Of a DNA stretch of 64,000 bases, positions 62,096 through 64,000 are shown piece after piece (position 1 is the first letter of the stretch; every line of letters starts with the position of its first letter). This DNA comes from Neovahlkampfia damariscottae (Eukaryota), in the NCBI GenBank assembly GCA_016618085.1, contig JABLTG010000107.1, forward strand, positions 1 through 64,000, read 5' to 3'. The notes under the pieces were generated by a model. The model searched no databases. It had not been told where the DNA came from and saw only the letters and a list, made by a program, of their open reading frames with translations. The position numbers and the translations under genes were made by a program.

Positions 62096-63013
62096 ATGAG
62101 CCAAAAAAGTAAAGAAGCTTCACCTGACCTCTCAAATGGAGATTTGAATGATACATCATCTGAGGATGAAGGAACAGTAATAATTTTCATGTACTTACAA
62201 AAAAAAAAAGTATGAAGTTGAAGCAATTTTATATGAACAAATGCAAAAAGGAAAAGTTTTATACTTGGTAAAATGGAACCACTATCCAATTTCTGAATGT
62301 ACATGGGAACCAGAATCTCACGCAAAACAAGCTCCTGATTGTTTTCAAGAATTTAAATCTGATCCGCCTTTTCTTTCTAAAAAATTAGTAAGAACTTTCA
62401 TTCATGAATTTTAACACGATTCTTTGGAATATAGGTGTCAAAAATATCGACTTATCCAACAAAAATTCCAAAGTTTACTTTTGTTGAAATTAATGGAGAG
62501 CGCACTTCAAGAAATAGAGTAGAATACAGATGTAAATGGAATGATATTGATAAAGAAACATGGGAACCACGTTCGTCATTAGATAGTAAAGCTATTAGAG
62601 AATATGAAAGAAATAAAGAATCAATAAAGAGAAAAAGAGATGAAGAAATGGATGAAAAATTAAATAAAAGTGATGATAGTTCATTTTCAAAAACTAAGAA
62701 ATTAAAAATAGATAGAGATGAAGATATTGATAATCTTTCACCAATTAACAAAAAATACTCAGATGAAGAATCAGAGGATCAAAAAGCAACTATTCCAAAT
62801 TTACAAAAGAAACCAATCACAATATCTGAAAAAGAAGACTTAAAACCACCATATAAAATTAAAACTATAAAGAGAGTTGGTGAGGATATATGTGGTGTTC
62901 TTTCTCAAAATAGTTCCAACGTTGAATATTATAAAATAGAAGATTTAAAAGAAGTTTGTCCTAATGAGGTTATTGATTTCTTACTCTCAAAAATACAATT
63001 TTCTGGGAAATAA
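62096..63013 (+). CDS. HP1-like protein: two chromodomains + chromoshadow-like domain, 2 introns
   Basis: YEVEAIL...YLVKWNHYPISECTWEP; VEYRCKWNDIDKETWEP; LKEVCPNEVIDFLLSKIQF. Confidence 0.8.
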
Positions 63014-63240
63014 AATGTTTTTTTAATATGTCCTATTTTGAACCAATTTGATTTGCTTCAAGCAAAATTGTGGCTTTTCAAAAAAAAAAAGCATTGCAAC
63101 TGAAGAGTGATGTGGAAGTCAGTAATGACTGAATTGTTGTTTCAGTTAGTTTGTTAGTCTATTGAGTTCAAATTGAAGATATTTAAATTCTTATTGGTGT
63201 TGGTCATTTTATCCTTCCAAACTCGCTCATTGGATAATAA

Positions 63241-64000
63241 ATGCCACTTCTGAAAACGAACAAAGTTCTGAAAGAGACAATCCTGGGGTTCTTTCCAAAA
63301 ACTAATGGTAAAATAAATTTAAAAACTTAAAAATGAAAAGTAAATCAATCAAGAATATTGGAATCTTTCCAAAATAAACAAATTGGAAAAAAAATTGAAA
63401 GTAAAAACACTGAAAAATGTAACGGATATTTTTTTTATTCAAATTTAAAGACTTTCAGGTGATTGTAGAAGTAGAGGAAATGGAAGACATAGAATATGAA
63501 AAATTAAAAAAAGAGTTAAAAAAATCAAACCAAGAGTTTCAACGTAAGTTTTCTATTTTTTAACATGTCTCAAAGTTTACAAAAGTAAGATTTTATGATG
63601 TGAAATAAAATTAAAGCTCCTTGGTTTCCTCGTCATATCAAAGATTTAGATCAGTTTAAAGATGAGATTCTGTCTGCAGGAGAGGTTTTAGGTAAGAAAG
63701 ATAAAACCTTAATTTTTTTTGAAGAATCTGATCACCCTGGATTTCATGACAAAGATTATAGAGCTAGAAGAGATAAAATTAGTGACATTGCAAATAATTT
63801 TAAATAGTATTCCTTCACTTTTTTTTATTTTTTAAAGTGGACAAAAAATTCCTAAAATTGAATATACACAAACTGAAGTTAATGCATGGGGTTTAATTTA
63901 TGAAAAGTTAACATCATTATTTCCAAAATATGCTTGTAAACAAATGAATGAAGTGTTTCCACTTTTAGAAAAGAATTGTGGTTATAAACCAACAAATATT
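63241..64000 (+). CDS. PAH: Phenylalanine 4-hydroxylase / aromatic amino acid hydroxylase (5' part), 6 introns in window
   Basis: Not in ORF track; spliced: PWFPRHIKDLD, ESDHPGFHDKDYRARR, IPKIEYTQTEVNAW, YAC, LEKNCGY. Confidence 0.92.

Noticed and set aside
9764..62751. Antisense or alternate-frame ORFs (e.g. 9764, 18859, 21857, 26870, 40398, 45333, 54530, 56199, 61615, 62452)
   Set aside because: Shadows of real genes with F/S/I/L-rich low-complexity translations.
1..64000. Prokaryotic origin, CRISPR array, rRNA/tRNA, U12 (AT-AC) or GC-AG introns, intact transposase
   Set aside because: Spliceosomal introns and eukaryote-specific genes throughout; no repeat-spacer array, cloverleaf, U12 consensus or transposase motif seen by eye.

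Overview
Very AT-rich, gene-dense eukaryotic nuclear DNA in the standard genetic code, with no rRNA, tRNA, CRISPR or intact transposase recognised. It holds about 40 protein genes broken by roughly 100 manually traced tiny GT-AG introns (about 27-47 nt, about half with AAG acceptors), so most entries in the ORF track are exons. Gene content (Ras/RGS signalling expansions, PEX2, PIG-N, SepSecS, PAH) suggests a free-living phagotrophic protist, possibly a heterolobosean; this is inference. Most notable: (1) a two-intron junction with the geometry of a spliceosomal twin intron (stwintron) at 31469-31547; (2) a ~330 nt hairpin-rich candidate ncRNA at 10021-10350; (3) a CCAAT box within about 2-55 nt of most start codons, in either orientation; (4) a secreted protein carrying antimicrobial-peptide-like cationic helices; (5) a bacterial-type CoA-disulfide reductase-rhodanese with spliceosomal introns; (6) 9-nt microexons, overlapping convergent stop codons, unusual domain fusions and three likely pseudogenes. 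All gene models were spliced by eye and need RNA-seq confirmation.
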